NCBI GenBank assembly: GCA_036005845.1
Contig: DASYQD010000029.1
Span: forward strand, 4,204 to 68,203
Direction: 5' to 3'
From: Thermoanaerobaculia bacterium
Lineage (GTDB): Bacteria > Acidobacteriota > Thermoanaerobaculia > Multivoradales > JAIOJS01
DNA length: 64,000 bases
The position numbers and the translations under genes were made by a program. The notes under the pieces are model-generated. The model was given only the letters and a program-made list of their open reading frames with translations. It was not told the DNA's origin and made no database searches. Shown piece after piece: positions 20,698 through 31,229 of the stretch. How positions within the stretch are numbered: the first letter of the stretch is position 1; each line of letters begins with the position of its first letter.

Positions 20698-22763
20698 GCG
20701 AGTCGAGCAACGGCGCCGCTCGTGGTGATGCGGCCGGCGGGCGGTCGTCGCTGAACAGCGGCGCGTTGCGCGCGCTCGCTTTGCGGGGCGTGAGCGGCGA
20801 GTGGACCGCCGAGGCCGCGCCGCCGGCGGGGCTGCTCGATCCGGCGCACGCGCTGCGCACGCTGCACTGGGGTCGCAACTATCTGTGGGTGGCGGCGTGG
20901 CCGGGCGTCGGCGAGGTCGTTGTCAAGCAGTTTCGCCACGATTCGTTGCGCGCGCGGTGGAAGCGGAGGTGGCGCGGCAGCAAGGCGCGGAAGAGCTTCG
21001 TCGTGGCGCGGGCGATGGCCGCGGCGGGAGTCGACACCCCCGAGCCGCTGCTGTGGGCCGAGAGCGCGGAGCCGAGCGGGCCGGCGTGGTACGTCTGTCG
21101 ATTCCTGGCAGGCACCGAAGCGCGCTATCCGTTTCGCGCGCTCGCGGCAGGCACGCTGGAGCACGACTTCCCGCAGCTCACCGCGGCTGAGCTGATCAAC
21201 GCCGCGGCGTCGACCGCGCGGCGGCTGCACGAGGCGCGCTTCTGGCACCGCGATCTATCGGCGGGCAACCTGCTGTTGCAACGGCGCGACGGCGCGCTGA
21301 TCGCCGCGGTGGTCGACCTCAACCGCTGCCGCCGCATCGCGCGCGTGAGCCTGTCGCAGCGGCTGCGCGATCTGGCGCGCCTGCCGGTGCATCGTGAAGA
21401 AGACCAGCGCGCGCTGTTGCAGGCGTACTTCACGCCGGGGAGCGACGCGGGCCTTTCGCATATCCGCTCAGAGGGTTCTTCGCTTTCGTCAGAAGTCACT
21501 GCGCCGGCGGCAGCGTGGCGGCTCTACCGCCTCTACCACCGCTCGTTTCACGGCCGCCATCGGCTCAAGAACAAGCTGCGCGGCCAGTCCGCGCCGACCG
21601 TGAGTGGACGCACGGCGAGTCGCGGCCTGCTCGCGATGTTCCGCCCGCGCCGCTCCTATCCGCACCTGCCGCCGCCACCCGCAGGCGCCGCGGCGCGTGA
21701 CCGCGTCGTGTGGGACTCGCTCTCCGACCAGCCCCACCAGCACGCGAGCCGCGCCGACAAGCTGCTTGTGCGCGCACGCGACGTCGGCCCGCACCTGCGC
21801 GCGCAGATCGTCGCGGCGGCGGCGGCGCCGCGCATCTGGCGCCGCTACCGCGAGCTGATGGCCGGTCTCGACCAGCAGCCGGCACCGTTCGGCAAGCTCG
21901 GCATCGGCCTGCGGCCGTACCCCGACGACCCGGAAGCGCTGCTCGCCGCCGTGGACGAGCTCGGCGTGCGCCACGCGCTCATCCGCCTCCACCCATGGCA
22001 GGAAACGCACGACGACGAGGAAGCGCTGGCGCGCGGGCTGCGCGAGCGCGGCATCGACATCCTCTTCGCGCTACCGCAACGCCGCGAGCTGGTGCGCGAT
22101 CTGCCGCGCTGGCGCCGTGCCGTCGAAGAGCTGGGCTCCCGCTTCGCGCCGTACGCCGAAGCCTTTCAAGTCGGCCAAGCGATCAACCGCAGCAAGTGGG
22201 GCGTGTGGACGCTCGCCGAGTACCGCGCACTGCTGCGCGAGGCCGCCGCGGCGCTCGCGCCGCACGGCGTGCCGATCGTCGGCCCCGGCGTCATCGACTT
22301 CGAGCCCCACGCCACCGCCGCCGCCGTCAACTGGCCCGACCTCGGCGTCCGCCTCCACGCCCTCGCCAGCCTCCTCTACGTCGACCGCCGCGGCGCCCCC
22401 GAGAACAAGCAGCTCGGCTTCGATGCGCTACGCAAGGCGGCGCTCCTGCGCGCCATCGCCGACACCGCGAAGTGGTGCGGGCCACGCTCCTGGGTCACCG
22501 AGGTCAATTGGCCGCTGCGCGAGGGGCCGCACTCACCGGCCGGCCGCGACGTCGCCGTCGACGAACAGACCGCCGCCGCCTACGCCGTCCGCTACTGCAC
22601 GTCGCTGCTCGAGAGCGGCCTGGTCGAGCGCGTCTACTGGTGGCAGCTCATCGCCCGCGGCTACGGCCTGCTGGTGGCCGAGGACGGCGGCCTGCGCCGC
22701 CGTCCCGCGTTCCACGCGCTCGCGAGCCTGCAACAGCGGCTCCGCGCCGCCCCTTCTCGTTGA
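20694..22763 (+). CDS. fusion protein: N-terminal lipopolysaccharide-kinase (Kdo/WaaP)-like domain + C-terminal glycoside-hydrolase-like TIM-barrel domain
   Basis: GTG at 20694 overlapping rng stop (GTGTGA); kinase catalytic loop FWHRDLSAGNLL; C-terminal region with GH-A-clan-like strands (..WVTEVNWP.., ..YWWQL..). Confidence 0.6.
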   Translation: MSESSNGAARGDAAGGRSSLNSGALRALALRGVSGEWTAEAAPPAGLLDPAHALRTLHWGRNYLWVAAWPGVGEVVVKQFRHDSLRARWKRRWRGSKARKSFVVARAMAAAGVDTPEPLLWAESAEPSGPAWYVCRFLAGTEARYPFRALAAGTLEHDFPQLTAAELINAAASTARRLHEARFWHRDLSAGNLLLQRRDGALIAAVVDLNRCRRIARVSLSQRLRDLARLPVHREEDQRALLQAYFTPGSDAGLSHIRSEGSSLSSEVTAPAAAWRLYRLYHRSFHGRHRLKNKLRGQSAPTVSGRTASRGLLAMFRPRRSYPHLPPPPAGAAARDRVVWDSLSDQPHQHASRADKLLVRARDVGPHLRAQIVAAAAAPRIWRRYRELMAGLDQQPAPFGKLGIGLRPYPDDPEALLAAVDELGVRHALIRLHPWQETHDDEEALARGLRERGIDILFALPQRRELVRDLPRWRRAVEELGSRFAPYAEAFQVGQAINRSKWGVWTLAEYRALLREAAAALAPHGVPIVGPGVIDFEPHATAAAVNWPDLGVRLHALASLLYVDRRGAPENKQLGFDALRKAALLRAIADTAKWCGPRSWVTEVNWPLREGPHSPAGRDVAVDEQTAAAYAVRYCTSLLESGLVERVYWWQLIARGYGLLVAEDGGLRRRPAFHALASLQQRLRAAPSR

Positions 22764-22812
22764 GTGCCGTCGCGCTGGACGCCCGCGCAGACAGTCCCGC
22801 CATGACCAGCGA

Positions 22813-23076
22813 CTAGCAGTTCGGCAGGTCGTCCAAGTTGTTCTTGGACGTCTCGTCGGGTGCCGTCGTCAGATACTTACGTCCGTTCCTCGACTTCACC
22901 CTGACGTCGACCTCCTTTCCGGGCGCGATCCGCACGAAGTAGGTGTGCTCGCCGCTCTCGATATCGGCGATCGCGCCTGCCTTCCAGCGCGGTGACCAGC
23001 GCTCGCCGGGATTGCAGAGCGCCGTGATGTCTCCGTCCTTGTCCTTGCCGCTTTGTGTGACTTGCCGTCTGCTCAC
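22813..23076 (-). CDS. DUF3892-family small protein
   Basis: GTG at about 23076 preceded by GGAAGGAGG; C-terminal ..KYLTTAPDETSKNNLDDLPNC matches the DUF3892 signature as I recall it; lies in a locally low-GC stretch. Confidence 0.55.
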   Translation of the reverse strand: MSRRQVTQSGKDKDGDITALCNPGERWSPRWKAGAIADIESGEHTYFVRIAPGKEVDVRVKSRNGRKYLTTAPDETSKNNLDDLPNC

Positions 23077-23166
23077 CGTGGTGCCTCCTTCCAAGTGCTC
23101 GCGGGCATTGCCCGCCCACACTCATAGACACCTCGATGAGCGAGTTGTTGGGGCCGCGCGGAATGC

Positions 23167-23790
23167 CTATCGCCCGACGGGTGCCTTGCCCAGCTTCTGC
23201 ACCGCCGCCAGCGTCTGGTCGACGTTCTCGGTCGGCTTGACGCCGCCGATGGTCGCCGCGACTTTGCCGTCCTGGCCGACGACGAAGGTGATGCGTTTGG
23301 CGAAGTCGTGGCCGATTTCCTGGCCGCGGCTGTCTTTGGCGCCCGCCTCGCCGGGCGTGATGTCGACGCCGTAGCTCTTGGCGATCTTGCCGTCGGCGTC
23401 GGAGGCGACCGGCAGCTTGCCGGCGCAGAAGTTGGGGTCGGCTGAGAAGTCGTTGAGGCGGGCGATGCTGTCGAGGGAGACGCCGATCACCTTGGCGCCG
23501 GCGGCCGTGAACTTGTCCATGTTCTCGGCGAAGGCGTGCGCCTCGGCGTTGCAGCCGCCGGTGAAGGCGGAAGGGTAGAAGTAGACGACCACCGGGCCCG
23601 ACTTGCGGGCGTCGGCGAGCGAGAAGGTCATCTCCTTACCCGCCAGCGAGGCCGGTGCCGTGAAGTCGGGCGCCGCGGCGCCGACCTCCAGCGCCGTGCC
23701 GGCGGCTGGACGGGCGAACGCGGCGGCGACGAGGCCGCCGACCAGGAGGACGAGGGCGAACGGAGTGGGCAGGTGGCTGCGCATGGTCAT
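23167..23790 (-). CDS. secreted peroxiredoxin (AhpC/TSA/Bcp-like redoxin)
   Basis: ATG at 23790 preceded by GAGAGGAG; signal peptide; peroxidatic Cys context FTGGC; 207 aa. Confidence 0.8.
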   Translation of the reverse strand: MTMRSHLPTPFALVLLVGGLVAAAFARPAAGTALEVGAAAPDFTAPASLAGKEMTFSLADARKSGPVVVYFYPSAFTGGCNAEAHAFAENMDKFTAAGAKVIGVSLDSIARLNDFSADPNFCAGKLPVASDADGKIAKSYGVDITPGEAGAKDSRGQEIGHDFAKRITFVVGQDGKVAATIGGVKPTENVDQTLAAVQKLGKAPVGR

Positions 23791-23915
23791 GGCTCCTCTC
23801 TGCGGGTGACGAGCGGTCTCCGGGCGGCAGGGCGCGGGGCGGCGGCGCACCGCGAGACCCACGCGCCTGGAGTCTGTTCGGTTCCGACTTGCATTGGTTC
23901 TCTTCGGACTTCGGT

Positions 23916-25492
23916 TCACTTCTCGAACATGCTCGCCACCGGTACCACTTCGACCTTCGTCGGCTTGACCGGCAGCTTGGCGATCGTCGGGTCGATGGCG
24001 GTGACGTCGGGCGGCACGGCGTTCTTGTAGGTGATCGGCGACGGCGCGTCGCTTTCGAGCTTCGCCTTGAGCGCGTCGGCGTTGCCGGCGACGATGACGC
24101 CGTCCCAGTGATCGGTCTGCAGGTACTTCTTCGCCGCGCGGTTGACGTCGTCGACGGTCATCGTCGCGAGGTGCTTGCCGATCTCGTCGATCCAGTAGGG
24201 CGTGCCGTAGAACTTGCTGTCGAGCAGGAAACCGAGCCGCCGCGTCAGCGTCTGCGCCCACAGCTTGGAGTAGCCCAGCAGGTAGTCGCGGGTGAGCTCG
24301 AAGTCTTCCTTGCTCATCCCCTTGTCGGCGAGCTGCTGCACCTCATACAGCGCGCCGCGCAGCGCGAACTGCGCGTTCTCGGGCTGCACCGGGCGGATCC
24401 ACACCGAGAAGTACTGCTCGCGCCGCGGCACGTTGGGCGTCGGGTTGGTGGTGAACGGCGGCGCCGCGTAGTGCTCGATGTAGCTGTAGTTGCCGTAGTT
24501 GAGGCCGCGCTTGCCGCGCAGCTCGGTCTGCAGCCGGCCGTTGAAGGTGCGGTGCTCGCCGAGGTAGCTGTTGACCACCATCAGCGGGTAGTAGTCGGCG
24601 TCGGCGCGGGTGATCGGCAGCGGGTAGCCGACGTGGATGCCGGTCGAGGCGGCTTCCTTCGCGATGATGAGGATGTCGCGGCCGGTGGGCGGTGTCACCG
24701 CCGGCAGCGTGCGCACCGTCGCGCCGCCCGCCGGCAGCCCGGCGAGCGTCTTCGCCAGACGCTCCGGGTAGCCGGCCGGGTAGCCGCCCGCGACGCCGAG
24801 CCAGAGGTTGCCGGTCGTGTAGTGCTCGCGGTAGAAGCGCTTGACGTCGTCGAGTGTGATGGCACCGAGGCCCTTCACCGTGCCGGTGTCCGCGTGCCCA
24901 TAGGGATGGCCGGCGTAGATCTGGTCCTGGATCGCCTCGAGCCCGAGCAGCTCGTCGTTGGCGGCGCGCAGCGTCGTCTGCAGGTACGACAGCGAGTCCT
25001 TGCGATGGCGCTCGAGGTCGTTGCTGTCGAACGCCGGCTGGGTGAGCACCTCGGCGAGCAGCGCCGTCGCCTCGTCGAGCTTCTCGCGGTGGACGACCAT
25101 GCTGAAGACGGTCACCTCGCGATCCGTCTGCGCCTGGATGTTGGCGGCGAGCGGGTAGAGCGCCTCGACGAGGTCCTTGTAGGAGCGCTTCGTCGTGGCG
25201 CCTTCACCCACGATGCTGGCCGTCAAGTCGGCGAGCCCTTCCTTGCCGGCGGGATCGTCGATCGAGCCGGTGCGGAAGAAGGCGCGGATGGCGACGATGG
25301 GCGATTGCGGGCTGGGCAGCGTCACCAGCTCGATCGTGCCCGCCGGCGCCGGCTCCTTCGGGGAGATGGTGACGCGCTGCGCCGTCGCGCTCGCGGCCGC
25401 CGTCGTGCCGTCTTGCGCGAGTCCGCTCGCGGCGAGAGCGAACATGCCCGCCGCGACGAGCGCGAATGTCCGAAGCGACGCACGACGAGCGC

Positions 25493-25496
<4 letters not shown>
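23916..25496 (-). CDS. M16-family peptidase, non-catalytic subunit (no HxxEH)
   Basis: GTG at 25496 overlapping upstream M16 stop (GTGA) with GGAGG upstream; signal peptide; insulinase-like fold without zinc motif. Confidence 0.8.
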
Positions 25497-26884
<1,388 letters not shown>

Positions 26885-26941
26885 CGTTGCCTCCTCTCGT
26901 GTCATCCGATGAGTGTAGCCGCCGGGGCATAGAATCAGCCC

Positions 26942-27247
26942 ATGCCCGGCAAGCGGCTGCACGTGCGCTGCCCCGACTGCGAGACCGAGCTGGTCGTCGA
27001 CGCCGAAACCGGCGAGGTGCTGTCGCACCGCGCGGCGAAGAAGCCGCTGGCGGGCGGCAAGGACTTCGACAGCCTGCTGCGCGGCCTCGACGAGAACAAG
27101 GCGCGCGCGGAGGCCGTCTTCGAGCAGGAGAAGGCGGCGATGAAGGACCGCCAGCGGCTGCTCGACGAGAAGTTCGAGGAGGCGTTGCGGCGCGCCGAGG
27201 AGGAGCCGGCGGACGTGCCGCCGCCTCGCCCCTTCGATCTCGATTAG
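26942..27247 (+). CDS. small zinc-ribbon-like protein (single CxxC, coiled-coil/acidic C-terminus)
   Basis: HVRCPDCETELVV N-terminus; stop TAG abuts wzm ATG (0-nt spacer), implying co-translation with the ABC exporter. Confidence 0.55.
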   Translation: MPGKRLHVRCPDCETELVVDAETGEVLSHRAAKKPLAGGKDFDSLLRGLDENKARAEAVFEQEKAAMKDRQRLLDEKFEEALRRAEEEPADVPPPRPFDLD

Positions 27248-28045
27248 ATGCTCGCGCGCCTGCTCCACTTCCGCGGGCTGCTGCTGACGCTCACCGCCCG
27301 CGAGCTCAAGGCCCGCTACCGCGGGTCGCTGCTCGGCTTCCTCTGGTCGCTGGTCAACCCGCTGCTGCTGCTGGCGGTCTACACGCTCGTCTTCGACGTG
27401 GTGTTCAAGAACCGCGCGGGCGGCGCGCAGCCCTACGCCGTGTTCCTGCTGTCGGGGCTCTTCCCGTGGATCTGGTTCTCCGGCGCGTTGCTCGACGGCA
27501 CGGTGTCGCTGTCGGCCAACGCCGGGCTGCTGCGCAAGGCGGTGTTCCCCGCCGAGGTGCTGCCGGTGGTGTCGACGCTGGCGAGCCTCGTCCACTACCT
27601 GCTGGCGCTGCCGGTGCTGCTCGTCGCGCTGGCGGTGGCGCGCTTCGGGCTGCATCACCCCGTCGGAGGTTGGAGCATCCTGCTGCTGCCGGCGGCGATC
27701 CTCGTGCAGCTGCCGTTCACGGCCGGCCTCGCATTGGCGCTCGCGGCGCTCAACGTCCACTTCAAGGACGTGCGCGACCTGCTGGCCAACCTGCTGACGC
27801 TGGCGTTCTTCCTGACGCCGATCTTGTATCCGCTCGAGACGGTGGCGCGCGTGCGGCCGCTGGCGCTGCTCGTCGCCGCCAACCCGGTGACGCCGTTCGT
27901 GCGGCTCTACCAGGAGCTGCTGTTCTTCGGGCGCGTGCCGGGTCCAGGGCTGTGGTTGCAGGCGGCGGGGCTCGCACTCGTGGCGTGGGCGATCGGCAGC
28001 TGGATCTTCGAGCGGCTGTCGCAGACGCTGGTGGAAGCCGTTTGA
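27248..28045 (+). CDS. wzm: ABC-2 type polysaccharide/O-antigen exporter permease (Wzm/KpsM/TagG family)
   Basis: Typical N-terminus (..LTARELKARYRGSLLGFLWSL.NPLLL..) and 6-TM profile. Confidence 0.88.
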   Translation: MLARLLHFRGLLLTLTARELKARYRGSLLGFLWSLVNPLLLLAVYTLVFDVVFKNRAGGAQPYAVFLLSGLFPWIWFSGALLDGTVSLSANAGLLRKAVFPAEVLPVVSTLASLVHYLLALPVLLVALAVARFGLHHPVGGWSILLLPAAILVQLPFTAGLALALAALNVHFKDVRDLLANLLTLAFFLTPILYPLETVARVRPLALLVAANPVTPFVRLYQELLFFGRVPGPGLWLQAAGLALVAWAIGSWIFERLSQTLVEAV

Positions 28046-29355
28046 GCGCGACGGCCTCCGCGCCGGCGATCGTCGCCAGCGGCATCACCAAGATGTACCG
28101 GCGCATGGCGCCGGGCTTCCAGCTCCGCACGCTGAAGAGCGCGCTGCTCGAAGGCAGCCTGGTGCGCGGCCTGTCGCCCGAAGAGGCGATCGTGGCGCTC
28201 TCCGACGTCTCCTTCGAGGTCGCCAAGGGCGAGGCGTTCGGCTTGATCGGCAGCAACGGCTCGGGCAAGTCGACGCTGCTCAAGCTCGTCGCCGGCATGC
28301 TGCGCCCCGATTCCGGCACCGTCGCGGTCGACGGGCGCGTCGCGGCGCTGATCGAGCTCGGCGCCGGCTTCCCCCCCGAGATCTCGGGCCGCGAGAACGT
28401 CTACATCAACGGCGCCGTGCTCGGCCTTTCGCGGCGCGAGGTCGACCAGCGCCTCGACTCGATCGTCGACTTCTCGGGCCTCGAGGACTTCATCGACGAG
28501 CCGGTCAAGACCTACTCGTCGGGCATGTACGTGCGGCTGGGCTTCGCGGTGGCGATCCACACCGCGCCCGACGTGCTGCTCGTCGACGAGGTGCTGGCCG
28601 TGGGCGACGAGGCGTTCGCGCACCGCTGCCTGCGCAAGATCGAGGAGCTGCTCGCCTCCGGGCGTACGCTGCTCCTCGTCTCGCACTCGCTGTCGCTGAT
28701 GGAAGGGATCTGCGACCGCCTGCTCTGGCTCGACCGGGGCAAGGCGCAGATGGTGGGCGAGCCGCGGCGCGTCGCCGATGCATATCGCGAAGCAGTGGCC
28801 GAGGAAGAAGGACGGCGGCACCGCGAAGAGAAAGAGCGCGAGGAGGGCACGGCAGGAGAGAATTCGCGCGCCGGCGCGATTGAGTCCACCGCCGTGGATA
28901 GCAGCGACGGCTCGCGCCGCTGGGGCTCGCGGCAGGCCGAGATCACCGCTGTGCGCCTGCTCGTCGCTGGCGAGGAGCGCTACCACCTGAAGAGCGGCGA
29001 GCCGGCGACGCTCGAGCTCACTGTCGAAGCGCGCGAACGGCTCGACGATTTCGTCTTCGGCGTCGCGCTCTCGACGCCGCGCGGCGACGAGGTGTGGGGC
29101 ACCAACACCGACCTCGAAGGCTGGCGCCCCGAACGCCTCGAAGGCAGCGCTCGCGTCCGCGTCGAGATCCCGGCGCTCCAGCTCGCCGCCGGCGAGTACG
29201 TCGTTGACGTCGCCGTGCACTCCCGCGAGGGCGCGCCCTACGACTACCGCAAGGGCGCGCTCTCGCTCTCCGTCACCGCGCCGAGCGCCGCCATCGGCGT
29301 CTACCGCCCGCCGCACCAGTGGCGTTTCGATGGCGGCGTTCGCTGGGTCAAGTGA
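28042..29355 (+). CDS. wzt: ABC exporter ATP-binding protein Wzt/TagH with C-terminal glycan-binding extension
   Basis: TTG at 28042 overlapping wzm stop (TTGA); Walker A GSNGSGKST, signature YSSGMYVRLGFA, Walker B LLVDEVLAVGD; about 170-aa C-terminal extension typical of Wzt substrate-binding domains. Confidence 0.85.
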   Translation: MSATASAPAIVASGITKMYRRMAPGFQLRTLKSALLEGSLVRGLSPEEAIVALSDVSFEVAKGEAFGLIGSNGSGKSTLLKLVAGMLRPDSGTVAVDGRVAALIELGAGFPPEISGRENVYINGAVLGLSRREVDQRLDSIVDFSGLEDFIDEPVKTYSSGMYVRLGFAVAIHTAPDVLLVDEVLAVGDEAFAHRCLRKIEELLASGRTLLLVSHSLSLMEGICDRLLWLDRGKAQMVGEPRRVADAYREAVAEEEGRRHREEKEREEGTAGENSRAGAIESTAVDSSDGSRRWGSRQAEITAVRLLVAGEERYHLKSGEPATLELTVEARERLDDFVFGVALSTPRGDEVWGTNTDLEGWRPERLEGSARVRVEIPALQLAAGEYVVDVAVHSREGAPYDYRKGALSLSVTAPSAAIGVYRPPHQWRFDGGVRWVK

Positions 29356-30139
29356 TCCCGGCCCCGCTCGTCGCAATCGCACCACCGGCGGGCTCTCCTG
29401 CGGCAGATGGAACGATCGCGTGCTCGCCCAGCGCACGTGCGAAGAGACTGGCGAGCCCGTAGGTCGCCCACGCCCACAGCACGCCGGCGGCGATCGCCAG
29501 CGCAAACCCTCCCCATGGGGGCGCCGCCGCCGGGGCCAAGCGCGAGAACACGACGCTGACGTCGTCGCCGCGCAACAGCGCGGTCACCGGCGCCCACGGC
29601 GCGAGCCGCGTGACGAGCATCGATCCGATCTCGTACGCGTCGCCCGTCAACGACAGCAGCGGTGCCAGCGCGAACGGCGCTGCGGCGCCGAAGAGTCCCG
29701 GCCGCCCCGCACGCGCCGCTCGCCGCAGCGCCCACACGCCGGGGAGCGTCAACACGAATGGCAACAGGTCGGTCACGAGGTAGATCGCGTCGCTGCCGCG
29801 CGTGTCGAATCCCGACAGGCGGCCCGCGTACTCGCTTCCCGCCACGACCCAAGGGAAGACGCGCGCCAGCAGCGCACCGCCGTAGATCCCGTCGATCTCT
29901 AACCGCGACACCGCCCCGCCCGCCGCGACGCAACCGAAGGCGTGCAGCAGCTCGTGAACCGGCACGTAGACCCACCAGCCGACCAGCAGCCCGCCGAGCA
30001 GCCACGCCAGATCGCGCCGCCGCCGGAGCACGCGCTGCTGCCCGCGCAGCAGGTCGCTCAGCGGCAGCGCGAAGAAACGCGGGATGGCGCCCACGCCGAC
30101 TAGGGTACGATGACTGCGCACCCCGCGAGGAGGAGTCAT
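29348..30139 (-). CDS. polytopic membrane protein with HExxH motif (putative membrane zincin, DUF3267-like)
   Basis: HELLH within a TM-proximal segment; multiple hydrophobic helices; convergent 8-nt overlap with wzt; N-terminus uncertain. Confidence 0.5.
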   Translation of the reverse strand: MTPPRGVRSHRTLVGVGAIPRFFALPLSDLLRGQQRVLRRRRDLAWLLGGLLVGWWVYVPVHELLHAFGCVAAGGAVSRLEIDGIYGGALLARVFPWVVAGSEYAGRLSGFDTRGSDAIYLVTDLLPFVLTLPGVWALRRAARAGRPGLFGAAAPFALAPLLSLTGDAYEIGSMLVTRLAPWAPVTALLRGDDVSVVFSRLAPAAAPPWGGFALAIAAGVLWAWATYGLASLFARALGEHAIVPSAAGEPAGGAIATSGAGIT

Positions 30140-30431
30140 GGCCGAGCAGGACGAGCCTCAGGAGCCTCAAGGCGTCAGCATCAAGATCGCCGACGAGGAG
30201 CTCAAGGGTCGCTATTCCAACCTGCTGCGCATCACCCACACGCGCGAGGAGTTCATCCTCGACTTCATCAACCTGGTGCCGCCGCAGGGAATGGTCTGCG
30301 CGCGCATCGTCACCAGCCCGGGGCACATGAAGCGCATCGTCCGGGCGCTCGCCGCCAACGTGGCGCGCTACGAAGAGGCCTTCGGCCCCATCGTCGAGGC
30401 GCAGGAGCCGACGGCCGACTCGGTGCATTGA
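30138..30431 (+). CDS. DUF3467-family protein
   Basis: ATG with GAGGAGGAG RBS; ..YSNLLRITHTREEFILDF..ARIVTSPGHMKRIVRALAANVARYEEAFGPI matches DUF3467 conservation as recalled. Confidence 0.6.
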   Translation: MAEQDEPQEPQGVSIKIADEELKGRYSNLLRITHTREEFILDFINLVPPQGMVCARIVTSPGHMKRIVRALAANVARYEEAFGPIVEAQEPTADSVH

Positions 30432-30467
30432 GCGACTGAAACGTCGCTCCGGGCCCGCTGCCCGGAG
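30430..30467 (+). terminator. two tandem GC hairpins immediately after DUF3467 stop (GAGCGAC-TGAAAC-GTCGCTC; CTCCGGGC-CCGCT-GCCCGGAG)
   Basis: Inverted repeats read directly; no U-tract, so function as terminator is tentative. Confidence 0.3.
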
Positions 30468-30494
30468 CGTGCTTCCAACCACCGCCGCGACACC

Positions 30495-31157
30495 TTGGCT
30501 CCGGAACGCGCTGCCGCGCTCCCCGTGCTGGCGCTCGCCGCCTTGGGCTGCGCCGCACTCGCATCCACCGTTCTCGGCTGCCGTCCGTCCGCCAGCGTCG
30601 CGGCCGAGACCGCGCACGCCTGGGCAGCGGGGCCGGCGCGCTGGCTGATCCTGCCCGACGACGAGCGCGCGCTCGGGCAGGTCGAGACCAACACTGACTT
30701 CGGCTCCTTCCTCGCCCGCTTCTGGGACTGCCGCGACGAGGACCCGAAGGACGACGACAACCCGTTCGCGCGCCTCTTCGCCGAGCGCGTCGCCGCCGCC
30801 GACCGCCTCTACGAGGAGCCGGGGATCCGCGGCAGCCTGACGCCGCGCGGCCGCGCGCTGCTGTTGCTCGGACCGCCGCGCTTCCTGCGCTACTCGCAGC
30901 GGCGGACGCCGACGCTCGAAGGGTCGACGGCGGCGGGAGCGCGGCCGACGAAGCTGCTGCGGGTGGAGATCTGGGGCTACCAGCCGCGCGACCTGCCGCC
31001 GGCGCTCGCCGCCCTCGTCGGCGCCGACCCGCAGAGCGAGCAGGAGCTGGCGATCACCTTCCTGGTCAGCGGCCGCCACACGCGGCTGCTCGAGGGGCAG
31101 GAGCTGCTCGACCTAGCGGCGCGCGCGGCGAGCCGCTGCGCCGGCGAGAGGGAGTAG
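30495..31157 (+). CDS. lipoprotein, possible GWxTD-like domain
   Basis: Lipobox-like LGC after hydrophobic leader; FW..DP...NP..R..Y.R pattern resembling the GWxTD domain; start (TTG/GTG) uncertain. Confidence 0.45.
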   Translation: MAPERAAALPVLALAALGCAALASTVLGCRPSASVAAETAHAWAAGPARWLILPDDERALGQVETNTDFGSFLARFWDCRDEDPKDDDNPFARLFAERVAAADRLYEEPGIRGSLTPRGRALLLLGPPRFLRYSQRRTPTLEGSTAAGARPTKLLRVEIWGYQPRDLPPALAALVGADPQSEQELAITFLVSGRHTRLLEGQELLDLAARAASRCAGERE

Positions 31158-31229
31158 CCGGCGTGGCGGTCGCGCCGGCGCAGGTCTTCGGCGGAGCCGC
31201 ACCGTAGAATCGCCGCCGGAGGATCATCG

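Noticed and set aside
22813-23121. Full 102-aa version of the DUF3892 ORF starting at ATG 23121
   Set aside because: An internal GTG at about 23076 has a near-perfect GGAAGGAGG RBS and yields the family-typical length of about 87 aa. The upstream extension lacks an RBS.
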